This document shows, in pieces, positions 19,320-28,875 of a DNA stretch of 64,000 bases. The notes under the pieces are model-generated. The model worked only from the letters and a program-made list of their open reading frames with translations. It searched no databases and was not told where the DNA came from. Numbering within the stretch: the first letter of the stretch is position 1; each line of letters opens with the position of its first letter. Source of the stretch: Spirochaetia bacterium (GTDB lineage: Bacteria > Spirochaetota > Spirochaetia > DSM-2461); assembly GCA_963666985.2 (NCBI GenBank), contig CAXXIA010000002.1, forward strand, positions 2,688,001 to 2,752,000, given 5' to 3'. Both the position numbers and the translations under genes were made by a program.

Positions 19320-20720
19320 TTGACGATCCAGTTAATTATTATTGTGGCTTATTTTGCCCTTACCGTCGCCATCGGCATGATTGCTCAAAAGAAATCAAAA
19401 TCCGCTACGGCATTTCACGGTGCGGGACTGGGTGTGCTTATGTGCGTTTGTGCCGGCACCGGCGAATGGCTGGGGGGCACATCAACGACCGGAGTATCCG
19501 AGTACGGTTATACGTATGGTCTCTCCGGCTCCTGGTACACGCTCGCAAACGGTATCGGCGTTATCTTCCTGGCTTTACTGTTCGCAAAGCTTTACAGAAG
19601 TCTTGAAACGGTTACCGTTCCGGGAATTTTGGAGAAATTCATCGGCGTACACGCCCGTGTCGTTTCAAGCATCATGCTGACCTTCGTTATGCTCGCCGTC
19701 GGCATTTCCCAGATGATTGCCGCAGGCACATTGGGTGTTACGCTGCTGGGGTTGGACTTCAACGTAGCCGTAATCGCTTTCGCGATTGTCTTCATTATCT
19801 ATACTCTGGCGGGCGGTATGAACGCGGTCGCCAGTACCAATATTCTGCATCTGTTCGCAATGTACGGCGGTATCGTGATTGCCCTTTTATTCGCGCTGAA
19901 AGCCGTCGGCGGCATGGGCGTTGTTTCGGAAACTCTTCCCGAATCATATTTTTCCATGACCGCCATCGGTATGCCGAAGGTTTCGTCCTGGATTATCGCT
20001 TCCCTGCTCGGCGCCTGTACCGCTCAGGCCGGTATTCAGCCGATCCTGGCCGCCAAGGATACGAATGTCGCTAAAAAGGCCGCGATTATTACGGCCGTCA
20101 TTGTTGCTCCCTTCGGTCTGCTGACCGCTCTTCTCGGTATGATCGCCAAGGTTCAGTTCCCCAACCTCGAGAACGCCAAGCTTGCTCTGCCGACGTTAAT
20201 GCTCAGCCTGCCTCCCGTAGCCGGAGGTATCGTCCTTGCATCCATTCTCGCGGCGATCCTTTCAACGGTTTCGCCTATCATCCTGGCATCGGGAACGATG
20301 ATTACAAAGGATGTTTACCATAGAATCCTGAAAACCGACGCCAGCGACGAACAGGTTCTCAGAATGTCCAGAATTACCACCGCGATAGCGGGGGTGATCT
20401 GTACAATCGGCGCACTTCTCATGTACGGTTCCACGCGAATCCTGGACATTGTCTACTTCGCGTACTCAATTCGGGGCGCTCTGTTTGTCGTTCTTCTGTT
20501 TGGTATTTATTGGAAAAAGCTTTCCGAAAAGGGTGCCGTTTACAGCATGATTTTAACCGCCGCCGTAGGCTGTTTCTGGGTTGTGTTTAAAGCAATCACC
20601 GGCAGCAATCCGATCCACGCCGCGTTTACGGAAACCTATGCGGCGGTGATTACCGCGACAATTGCCTCGGTGATCTTTACGAAGATATTCCCTAAAGATA
20701 TGTCTGCAAAGAAATTATAA
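19320..20720 (+). CDS. Sodium:solute symporter (SSS) family transporter
   Basis: About 13 hydrophobic segments; YTLAGGMNAVASTN and LAAILST motifs. Confidence 0.9.
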   Translation: MTIQLIIIVAYFALTVAIGMIAQKKSKSATAFHGAGLGVLMCVCAGTGEWLGGTSTTGVSEYGYTYGLSGSWYTLANGIGVIFLALLFAKLYRSLETVTVPGILEKFIGVHARVVSSIMLTFVMLAVGISQMIAAGTLGVTLLGLDFNVAVIAFAIVFIIYTLAGGMNAVASTNILHLFAMYGGIVIALLFALKAVGGMGVVSETLPESYFSMTAIGMPKVSSWIIASLLGACTAQAGIQPILAAKDTNVAKKAAIITAVIVAPFGLLTALLGMIAKVQFPNLENAKLALPTLMLSLPPVAGGIVLASILAAILSTVSPIILASGTMITKDVYHRILKTDASDEQVLRMSRITTAIAGVICTIGALLMYGSTRILDIVYFAYSIRGALFVVLLFGIYWKKLSEKGAVYSMILTAAVGCFWVVFKAITGSNPIHAAFTETYAAVITATIASVIFTKIFPKDMSAKKL

Positions 20721-20746
20721 TAAAATAACCGCGTTATTGGAGGAAT

Positions 20747-22054
20747 ATGATGGAACCGATTTCCATTGCAGTCCTAGGCATTATTCTGCTGATCATTCTG
20801 CTCGCAATGGGCATGAATATCGGTATTACTATGTTTGCCGTAGGCTTTCTCGGCTGCCTGATGATCCGCGATTGGAATGCCGCGATAGGCGTTCTGAAAA
20901 CCGTACCGTTTAACCAGAGTATGACCTATTCCTATACGGTTATACCGCTTTTCGTTCTGATGGGACAATTCGCCTTTCACTCGGGGATGTCCGCCGATCT
21001 CTTCGACTGTGCCAACAAGTGGCTTGGGGGGTTGAAGGGCGGACTTTCCATGGCGACCATCATGGCCTGTGCCGGCTTCGCGGCCATTTGCGGCTCCACC
21101 GCCGCCACCGCGGCGACCATGGGCGTCGTCGCTCTTCCGGAAATGCGTAAAGCGGGCTATAACGACGGTCTTTCGACCGGCTCCATTGCCGCCGGCGGGA
21201 CACTCGGCATTCTCATCCCCCCCAGTACGGGCTTCATTATTTACGGCATCGTCGCCGAGCAGTCCATCGGGAAACTGTTTATGGCGGGAATTATCCCCGG
21301 AATCGTTTTGGCGGTGTGCTATATGATTTCCGTTTCCGTACAGGTTAAGATCCGTCCCGAGCTGGCCCCGCCCACAAATAAGTTCGGTTTTAAAGAAAAA
21401 TTAATCGCCCTGAAGGGCGGCGCCGCGATGATCGCTCTTTTCCTTATCGTTATCGGCGGTATGTTCATCAATCTCTTTACGGCAAATGAGGCGGCGGCCG
21501 TCGGCGCGTCTCTGGCCCTGATTTATCTTATCGCCCGCCGCCGTTTTTCACTGAAGGTTCTTATAGCCTGTCTGCGCGATACCGTGAAAACTTCCGCCAT
21601 GGTGTTTCTCATCATGATCGGCGCCTACGTGTTCGGATCTTTCCTGGCCATCGCACGGCTTCCCATGACTCTTGCGGCCTTCGTTGAGGGACTTGCCGTA
21701 AGCCGATATGTGATTCTGGCCGTAATCGTCCTGCTTTATGCCGTTATGGGCTGTCTTATGGATTCCCTGGCAATGGTTATGCTGACCGTGCCCATTTTCC
21801 TTCCGATAATCATGGGTCTCGGATTCGATCCCATCTGGTACGGCGTTTTGATGATCATGGTTATGGAAATGGGCCTGATTACGCCGCCGGTTGGAATGAA
21901 TGTCTATATCGTCGCGGGCGTCGCGAAGGATGTTCCCTTAACAAGAATCTTCAGAGGCGTAACGCCGATGGTTTTTGCGATGCTGGTGGCGATTGTGATT
22001 GTTATCGCCTTGCCTCAGCTTTCACTCTGGCTCCCCAGCTTCATGGCCGGTTAG
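20747..22054 (+). CDS. dctM: TRAP transporter large permease
   Basis: IPLFVLMG, GTLGILIPPS, LITPPVGMN. Confidence 0.95.
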   Translation: MMEPISIAVLGIILLIILLAMGMNIGITMFAVGFLGCLMIRDWNAAIGVLKTVPFNQSMTYSYTVIPLFVLMGQFAFHSGMSADLFDCANKWLGGLKGGLSMATIMACAGFAAICGSTAATAATMGVVALPEMRKAGYNDGLSTGSIAAGGTLGILIPPSTGFIIYGIVAEQSIGKLFMAGIIPGIVLAVCYMISVSVQVKIRPELAPPTNKFGFKEKLIALKGGAAMIALFLIVIGGMFINLFTANEAAAVGASLALIYLIARRRFSLKVLIACLRDTVKTSAMVFLIMIGAYVFGSFLAIARLPMTLAAFVEGLAVSRYVILAVIVLLYAVMGCLMDSLAMVMLTVPIFLPIIMGLGFDPIWYGVLMIMVMEMGLITPPVGMNVYIVAGVAKDVPLTRIFRGVTPMVFAMLVAIVIVIALPQLSLWLPSFMAG

Positions 22055-22108
22055 TTCCTATCCGGAACATGCATGCTGTTATTTATATATAATTTTTGGA
22101 GGTTGTTA

Positions 22109-23239
22109 ATGAAAAGGACTTTTGCATCGTTTATTGTCATTCTTTTGACGATCGGACTGGTGGCCTTTACCGGCTGCGGTAAGTCAAAAGCGGAAGCTGG
22201 CGCCGACGGATCGGCCGCTAAGGATTCCGGAAAAGTGTACGAACTGATCGTACAAAACCACGATCCCGCCACCAGCATCTGCGGGCAGTACGTTGAAGCC
22301 TGGGGCTCGGAAGTCGAGAAAGCTTCAAACGGACGCATCAAGTTCGCTTACTACCACGGCGGCTCTCTTGTCGGCGCGGGCGACTCGGTTAATGCCGTAG
22401 TCAACAGTACTGCGGATGTCTGCTGGAGTGCCGCGACCATTTATTCCGGTCAGTTCCCCATCTCGGAATTCATCCAGCTCCCTCTTTCCGGCATCAATTG
22501 CGCCCGGATGGGATGCGAAGTCATGCTGGATATGTACAAAGAGATTCCGGCCTTCCAGAAGGAGTATTCCGAATTCAAGCCCATTATGCTCGGCAGCTGT
22601 ACTTACGCGCCCGTGAGTACAACCGTGAAAAAGCTTCAGACGGTTAACGACATCCAAGGCCTGCGTATCCGCGCCCCCGGTTCCACCTGCGCGCTGTGGT
22701 GTACCGCCGTCGGTTTCAGTCCGATGACCGTCGCCACGCCCGAAACGTATGAATCACTCGAAAAGGGCGTTATTGAAGGCTGCTTGAACGACTGGCACAA
22801 TATTTCCGCATTCAAGCTGTATGAAAACCTTGACTATATCATGGACTATCCGACTCCCGGTTCACCCATTTTCCTTCTGATGAATAAAGGAAAATATGAT
22901 TCCATGCCGGCTGATCTTCAGGCGATCATTGATAAGTACTCCGATGAATACGCCTCTCAAATGGCGGGGATCTACTGGGATTCCACACGAGCTTGGATTT
23001 ATGACAACGCCGAAGAATTCGGTGTGGAGATTTACCAGCCGTCCGATGAACTGTACGCTCACTTCACGGCCGACACTGTCAAGGATCAGGTACACGCCAA
23101 GTACATCGAGTACCTTAACGGTTTCAATCTTGATGGACAGGCGATATACGATCAGTGTATGGAAATCGTTTCTCGTTATACCGACAAATACGCCGATCCC
23201 TGGGCGGAACCCGTCGATATCGAGGATTTTAAAGGCTGA
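22109..23239 (+). CDS. dctP: TRAP transporter substrate-binding lipoprotein
   Basis: Lipobox FTGC; VEKASNGRIK, GLRIRAPG, ETYESLEKGVIEG; start moved to 22109 (SD GGAGG). Confidence 0.9.
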   Translation: MKRTFASFIVILLTIGLVAFTGCGKSKAEAGADGSAAKDSGKVYELIVQNHDPATSICGQYVEAWGSEVEKASNGRIKFAYYHGGSLVGAGDSVNAVVNSTADVCWSAATIYSGQFPISEFIQLPLSGINCARMGCEVMLDMYKEIPAFQKEYSEFKPIMLGSCTYAPVSTTVKKLQTVNDIQGLRIRAPGSTCALWCTAVGFSPMTVATPETYESLEKGVIEGCLNDWHNISAFKLYENLDYIMDYPTPGSPIFLLMNKGKYDSMPADLQAIIDKYSDEYASQMAGIYWDSTRAWIYDNAEEFGVEIYQPSDELYAHFTADTVKDQVHAKYIEYLNGFNLDGQAIYDQCMEIVSRYTDKYADPWAEPVDIEDFKG

Positions 23240-23246
23240 AGCCGCG

Positions 23247-23378
23247 CCGGACTGTTGAAAAATGATTCGCGGAATCGCTGTGCGGTTCCGCTGTTTGGGG
23301 AGATTCGATTCGCAGATTACGAGCAAATCCCGCTGCCGCCGAACACCGCTTACGCGTAAAAGTTTTTCAACGGCCCGG
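23247..23378. mobile_element. Putative MITE (132 bp) between dctP and dctQ
   Basis: Terminal inverted repeats ccggactgttgaaaaa / tttttcaacggcccgg (14/16), resembling IS ends of the CTGTTGAAAAA type; no ORF inside. Confidence 0.5.
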
Positions 23379-23406
23379 TTGAGTCTGCGTTATACGGAAA
23401 GGATTG

Positions 23407-23934
23407 ATGCAAATGAAAAAATTTACTGAGATAACCAATAAACTTACAGTGTACGTCAGCTATCTGAGCATGGTGTCGGTGATATTCATCATGCTGTATA
23501 TGACGCTCGATGTCATCTTGAGACATGTTTTTAACTCGCCGATCAAAGGCGGCTATGAAATGACCACTCTTGCCATGGTTGTTCTTATTTTCACATCCTG
23601 GTCGTATACGCAGACGGTTAACGGACATATCCACGTGACAATGCTGATTAGGGCTTTGCCGAGAAAACCGAGGTTTATCATATTCGCGATTACATCGATG
23701 TTTTCCGCCGCGGTGATTGTTATTGCTACGTATGCCGCTTTTCTGCAGATGCTCTACACGTACGAGAAATGTAATTGTACGGGTATGCTCCTTATTCCGC
23801 ATTGGCCGTTCATTCTTGTGGAATGTATCGCTTTGGGCTACTTCGCTTTAATACTGCTGCGCGATGCCATACGGGCGATAATGGCGATCTTCAACGAAGA
23901 GCTCGCGCAGGAGATTGAATCTCACTGGGCCTGA
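23407..23934 (+). CDS. dctQ: TRAP transporter small permease
   Basis: DVILRHVFNSPIKGGYE and HIHVT motifs, four TM segments. Confidence 0.9.
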   Translation: MQMKKFTEITNKLTVYVSYLSMVSVIFIMLYMTLDVILRHVFNSPIKGGYEMTTLAMVVLIFTSWSYTQTVNGHIHVTMLIRALPRKPRFIIFAITSMFSAAVIVIATYAAFLQMLYTYEKCNCTGMLLIPHWPFILVECIALGYFALILLRDAIRAIMAIFNEELAQEIESHWA

Positions 23935-24216
23935 TAAGAAGTTACATTTTAAAAGAATAACAGGGGAAATCGGGCCGGCCGTCATCATGGTCGGCCTTTT
24001 TCAATTCACTGATGTATATGGAAACCGCATGGAAAAAGTATGACGGTGTGTAAAGCCTTCCGCGCAGGTGATTTTTAGGTTTTTTAAATCCGTTATGCTC
24101 CGAATTCTCCGATATCCGAACCGGGAAATCAGAGGCGCCCGACGGCGTTCGGGAAGGTGATTTATGATGAGGATGAGGCTTCTTGTTAATTTCCATATAT
24201 CGTTGTAATATATCCT

Positions 24217-24666
24217 ATGCGTGTTACTACAAAGGGTCGTTATGCACTTCGGGCCATGATTTATCTTACTCGGAACGAAGACGACAAGCCTTTATCTATC
24301 AAGAAGATAGCTGAAACCGAAGATCTTTCTCCCATATTCATGGAACAGATATTTACGAAGCTTAAAAAATTCGGACTTATTAAGTCCGTACGCGGCGCCG
24401 GAGGCGGATTTCTGCTTGCCAAGGATCCTTCGGAGATTAATGTAAAAGACATCCTTGAAGCCGTTGAAGAAGGGATTCGCCTTACACCCTGCTGTTCCAG
24501 TGAAAGCGTCGGCGCGGATGACTGCATTCGCTCGGAAGAATGCCGAGCCCTGGATTTTTGGAATACCGCCAACGAACATATGATGCAGTTTTTCGCAAGC
24601 TATTCTCTGGAGAAGGTTATCGCCGAATTTAAGGATGCGAGCATCGGAATCCCCGTATCCGTATAG
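24217..24666 (+). CDS. Rrf2 family regulator (IscR/CymR-like, Cys-containing)
   Basis: MRVTTKGRYALRA, EQIFTKLKK.GLIKSVRGAGGGF, C-terminal Cys cluster. Confidence 0.92.
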   Translation: MRVTTKGRYALRAMIYLTRNEDDKPLSIKKIAETEDLSPIFMEQIFTKLKKFGLIKSVRGAGGGFLLAKDPSEINVKDILEAVEEGIRLTPCCSSESVGADDCIRSEECRALDFWNTANEHMMQFFASYSLEKVIAEFKDASIGIPVSV

Positions 24667-24785
24667 CATTCCGCAGGCGCATCTTTCTCCATCGGCAACA
24701 TTGTTACCGGCGCTCCAAGAGATAACGGTTAAGATATTTTAAGCCTATGAGATGTTGTTTTACATCGGGAAAAAACGCCGTACAA

Positions 24786-27059
24786 TTATACCGGTAAGGC
24801 GATTTTTTTGAGAAATTCTTTTATTTCCTTTGAAGTGCCGAGTTTTGAGAGGATTTCGGCGTCTTTGACGGCATTATCCATATTCATTTTGGCGACGGCC
24901 GACTGCATTTCCGGGATTCTTCCGGGCTCCAGAGAGAATTCTTTTACACCGAGTCCCATAAGGTAATAAACCGTTACCGGATCTTTGGCCATGATGCCGC
25001 AGACCGACAGTGGGCAGTCCGCGGCTTTTGCCGTGTCCACAACCCTTTTAACGGCCCGAAGAACGGCCGGATGGCGCGTATCGAACAAGCCCGCGACCCG
25101 TTCGTTTGTTCTGTCCACGCCGAGCATGTACTGAACCAAATCGTTGGTGCCGAGTGAAAGGAAATCGGCTTCTCTGGCCAGTTCGGGAGCCATCTCAACG
25201 GCGGAGGGAAGTTCTATCATGGCGCCGAGTTTCGGCATCGGGAATGTTCCCAAGCCGTCCCGTTTGAGGAAATCCAGGCTTTTGAGAACAATTCTTCTGG
25301 CATTGAAAAAGTCGTCCAGTGAGGACACCAGGGGAAAAAGAATCCGGATGGGTTTTTTTCCTCCGGCACGAATCATCGCTTTGAGCTGGCCGACAAAGAC
25401 TTTTTTATTTTCCAATAGGAACCGGATGGCTCTGAGTCCGAGGAAGGGATTCGCTTCATGCGATTCGGGAAGGTAACTGAGAATCTTATCGCCTCCGACA
25501 TCCAATGTCCGCAGAGTCACAAGGGGAGATTCCAATCCGTTCACCACTTGAGAGTAAATCCGAAACTGTTCTTCCTCTGATGGGAAATCGCTTCGGATGA
25601 GAAAAGGGAATTCACTTCGATACAAACCGATGCCTTCGGCCTTTATCCTGCCGGCAACTTTTAAATCGGAAAGAAGGTTTACGGTCGCCCGAAGGTAGAT
25701 CCGCGTTCCATCGGCCGTTCGGGTTTCTTCCCGGGCCATGGATTCGAGTTCTTCGAGTCTGTCCGATCCTTCTTTGAGCTGGGTTATCCTTTTTTGGGCC
25801 GCTTCATCCGGATTAACGATCAGCAGCGCCTGATGAGCATCCAGAGCCAGCGGCGTGTTCTCTGGAATGCGGAAGATCGAATCGTCTTCGGTGTAGATGA
25901 GCGGGACTTGAAGAGAACGCGCCAGAACCGTAACGTGCGCGGTGGTGCCGCCGCCGTAAAGCACAATGCCTTCCGCGTTCTGGGCCGAGAGTTTTAAAAG
26001 TTCCGAGGGAAGCAGCTCCGAGGTAATGATGATTTGATCCGTATAATCGCCGCGGTCGTTGGAGTCCGCAATCAGGTTTTTCAGGATACGGTGTCCGAGA
26101 TCTTTAATATCCTGGATTTTTTCACGCATGCGGTGGTTGTCGCTGTCCGCGAAGATGGCGATATAGCGGTTCGCCACCTGTTCAACCGCTTCGCAAGGCC
26201 GTATACCGTTTTTGATCAGTTCTTCCATGGCGCCGGAAAAGCCTTCGTCCCGGAGCATGAGAAGGTGGGCGCTGAAGATTAAAGACGCCACATCGGCGAG
26301 TTCCTCTTCCAGCCGCTTCTGTAAATCTTCGAGCTGCTGTTCGGTATCGTCGATCGCTTTGCGGAAATCATCGAGAGAATTGCGGTAGTCTCTGTTTTGA
26401 GCTTTTATAAGACCATCGAATTTGCCCGGTCCTTCCAGATGATAGGCGCTTCCCAGAGCAACGCCGTCCACTACCTGGGTACCTCGGATGAGCCTGCCCG
26501 CCGCGTCTTCCCGCTTCTTTTTGGTGTCTTCGGTACCGGGAAGAACCATTAACAGCTGGGCGTTCTCCAGGGTAACGGCCAATTGAGTGGCGATGGCCTT
26601 CAGAGCCATGGCGTCCGATTTGCTGAATCGGGAGGCTTTTTCGTCCTGAAGAACAAGAACTCCGACGCGGCGGATTCCTCTGATGATGGGAACCGCCAGA
26701 AAGGACTGGAAGCGTTCTTCTCCGCTTTCGGGAATAGGTTTGAAATACGGGTTGTCCGCTCCCCGGCCTTCCCGGATGGGCCGAAGTTCCTTAAGCGCCA
26801 AACCCGTCAGGCCTTCTCCGGTGGCCAGTGTAAGCTTGCCGACCATTTCCTGATTCAATCCCGCGGTGGCCTGGAGAACCAGCACGTCCCGTGCTTCGTC
26901 GAAGATGTAAACCGAGCAGACGTCGGTCTGCATATGACTGCTGACGATGCGGACAACTTGAGCAAGAAATCCCTTGATATCCTGGCCCTGATGGAAGAGA
27001 TTCGCCAGCTCGCTGACGGAGCAAATCATTTCGACATTGGTTTCGTCGGGTATCTTCAC
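24786..27059 (-). CDS. ptsP: GAF-domain PEP-protein phosphotransferase (Enzyme I-Ntr-like)
   Basis: N-terminal GAF (DVCSVY...GEGLTG...FLAVPI), GGTTAH phospho-His, GIGLYRSEF, NPFLGLRAIR, GTNDLVQY; GTG start overlapping the proC stop. Confidence 0.92.
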   Translation of the reverse strand: MKIPDETNVEMICSVSELANLFHQGQDIKGFLAQVVRIVSSHMQTDVCSVYIFDEARDVLVLQATAGLNQEMVGKLTLATGEGLTGLALKELRPIREGRGADNPYFKPIPESGEERFQSFLAVPIIRGIRRVGVLVLQDEKASRFSKSDAMALKAIATQLAVTLENAQLLMVLPGTEDTKKKREDAAGRLIRGTQVVDGVALGSAYHLEGPGKFDGLIKAQNRDYRNSLDDFRKAIDDTEQQLEDLQKRLEEELADVASLIFSAHLLMLRDEGFSGAMEELIKNGIRPCEAVEQVANRYIAIFADSDNHRMREKIQDIKDLGHRILKNLIADSNDRGDYTDQIIITSELLPSELLKLSAQNAEGIVLYGGGTTAHVTVLARSLQVPLIYTEDDSIFRIPENTPLALDAHQALLIVNPDEAAQKRITQLKEGSDRLEELESMAREETRTADGTRIYLRATVNLLSDLKVAGRIKAEGIGLYRSEFPFLIRSDFPSEEEQFRIYSQVVNGLESPLVTLRTLDVGGDKILSYLPESHEANPFLGLRAIRFLLENKKVFVGQLKAMIRAGGKKPIRILFPLVSSLDDFFNARRIVLKSLDFLKRDGLGTFPMPKLGAMIELPSAVEMAPELAREADFLSLGTNDLVQYMLGVDRTNERVAGLFDTRHPAVLRAVKRVVDTAKAADCPLSVCGIMAKDPVTVYYLMGLGVKEFSLEPGRIPEMQSAVAKMNMDNAVKDAEILSKLGTSKEIKEFLKKIALPV

Positions 27060-27871
27060 TTTCCGCCCAATTCCCTTGATTTGGCCGTACAATCGGCGAC
27101 GGCCCGGATGATTGCCGAACGGAATCCCGCTTCTTCCAGTGTCGCCACGGCTTCGATGGTGGTGCCGCCGGGGGAACAGACCCTGTCTTTTAGGATTCCG
27201 GGATGAAGAGCCGATTCCGCGGCGAGTTTCGCGGAACCCAATACGGCCTGAGCGGCAACGGCGTACGCCGTATCTCTGGGAATCCCTTCGCGTACCGCGC
27301 CGTCGGCCAGAGCTTCCAGGAACATAAAAACCCAGGCGGGACTGGAGCCGGCCAGGGATGTGTAGGCGTCCATCAGCTTCTCGGGAAGCACGACTGTTTT
27401 GCCGACGGCGTCGAAGATGGTCTTTACCGATGTCAGTTCGTCTTCGGTAACTTCGGGTGAAGGACAAAGGGCCGTCATCCCTGCCAATACCAAAGCCGGA
27501 GTATTGGGCATGGCGCGGACGATCTTATTCTTTCCCTTGAACCATCCGGTAACGGCTTCAAGAGCAATCCCCGCCGCGATGCTCACAACGATCGTCTCAT
27601 CGGGAACCGCGTTGCGGATGCCGGTTATCACGGTTTTATAAACCTGCGGTTTTACCGCCAGAATCAGAATGGAGGCTTTTGCGGCTTCGCGGTTGTCGGA
27701 GGAGGTGCGTATTCCGGGGAATTCTTTCCGCAGGTCTTCCAAAGCTTCGGTTCTCGGATCGGCGACGATAATGTGTTCAGCTTTCCCGGCACCGCCGGAA
27801 AGCAGTCCTCTGATGACGGCACCGCCCATGTTGCCCGCGCCGATAAAGCCGATCGTCGTTGTTCCTGCCAT
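27056..27871 (-). CDS. proC: Pyrroline-5-carboxylate reductase
   Basis: FIGAGNMG, AVKPQ, RAMPNTP, GSSPA, VCSPGGTT. Confidence 0.97.
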   Translation of the reverse strand: MAGTTTIGFIGAGNMGGAVIRGLLSGGAGKAEHIIVADPRTEALEDLRKEFPGIRTSSDNREAAKASILILAVKPQVYKTVITGIRNAVPDETIVVSIAAGIALEAVTGWFKGKNKIVRAMPNTPALVLAGMTALCPSPEVTEDELTSVKTIFDAVGKTVVLPEKLMDAYTSLAGSSPAWVFMFLEALADGAVREGIPRDTAYAVAAQAVLGSAKLAAESALHPGILKDRVCSPGGTTIEAVATLEEAGFRSAIIRAVADCTAKSRELGGK

Positions 27872-27955
27872 CTTATCCTCTCCGTCCGCTCTTCGGCCGC
27901 CGATGTTCGGCGGACCGTTATTTGAGTCTGTTTCTTCGCTTGGGACTCAACGGTG

Positions 27956-28231
27956 TTATTCTACCCGAATCTCCTGTTCCTTACCGTACCATATTTCCAG
28001 GCCGAATAGGCTGTCTTCCGATAAATAATCGGGTGCCGAACCTTCCAAAGGCCCCAGAATGCGCCGATAGTCTTCTACTCTGTTCCAATAAACCTGCGGC
28101 ATGATGACTTTTTGCGGCGAAAGCCCCGAGTCGAGACCTTCCCGGAGCTGTCTGTAAACTTCAACGATGATTTCCTCCGCCCTTGGAGCGTCGGCTTTGT
28201 TCGGTTCCTCTTCCCGCCGTTTCGGGCTCAT
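27956..28231 (-). CDS. Hypothetical protein (91 aa)
   Basis: Start coupled to the TPR gene stop; protein-like C-terminus (DYLSEDSLFGLEIWY). Confidence 0.65.
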   Translation of the reverse strand: MSPKRREEEPNKADAPRAEEIIVEVYRQLREGLDSGLSPQKVIMPQVYWNRVEDYRRILGPLEGSAPDYLSEDSLFGLEIWYGKEQEIRVE

Positions 28232-28752
28232 CAAGAGTTCAGCTCCTCGAAATGCCGCCGGGCCTCGGCCGCCGCATCGGTATCGCCGCATTCGTCCAGT
28301 GCGTCGGCGAGATTGTACCAGGCGTCGGCCAGAGAGGGAGAGCTTTCCGCGGCCGCCCGGAATCTGCGGACCGCATCGGCATACCGGCCTTTCAGAAAAT
28401 CGACGACGCCCCGGTTGTTCAGGGCCCCTGAGTGTTCGGGATTCCTTTGAAGGGCTTCCTCCAGGAATCCGGCCGCCGAAGAGAGGCGGTTTTCGGCGAT
28501 TTCTATTCGGCCGCATTCGTTCAGTGCGTCCGCGTCTTTCGGATCAAGCTCGGCGGCTTTTTTCAGCTCGGCAAGGGCCTCGCCGTTTCGGCCGGCGGCC
28601 GAGAGCTCCAGGCCCAGATTGTACCGAAGAGCGGCCGAATGCGGCTGGAGAGAAAGAGCGTCGCGGTAATGCCGGATCGCTTCTTCATGCCGGCCGTTTT
28701 CGGCGGCAAGGAGGGCGAGCCGGGCATGGCGGGAGGCTTGGCCGATATCCAT
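28231..28752 (-). CDS. Tetratricopeptide repeat protein
   Basis: Repeated TPR motifs (ALRYNLG, ALNECG, ALNNRG, AWYNLA); start 28752 follows TGcTATAAT. Confidence 0.85.
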   Translation of the reverse strand: MDIGQASRHARLALLAAENGRHEEAIRHYRDALSLQPHSAALRYNLGLELSAAGRNGEALAELKKAAELDPKDADALNECGRIEIAENRLSSAAGFLEEALQRNPEHSGALNNRGVVDFLKGRYADAVRRFRAAAESSPSLADAWYNLADALDECGDTDAAAEARRHFEELNS

Positions 28753-28832
28753 GCCCTTATTATAGCAAGCCTCGCTCAAAAAAGCTGTCGGCTGAAATCG
28801 CACGGCGATTTCTAGCGTTCGGTGGCGTAGGC

Positions 28833-28859
28833 CCGCTGTTTCGCGAAGCGAAACAGCGG
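28833..28859. terminator. Perfect hairpin after the MFS gene (terminator or stabiliser)
   Basis: ccgctgtttcgc-gaa-gcgaaacagcgg, 12-bp stem. Confidence 0.55.
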
Positions 28860-28875
28860 TGCACAAAAAGTAAAA

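Noticed and set aside
27060..27467. 135-aa N-terminal extension of PtsP in the ORF track
   Set aside because: Overlaps proC in another frame and is Arg-rich noise; a GTG at 27059 overlapping the proC stop is the better start
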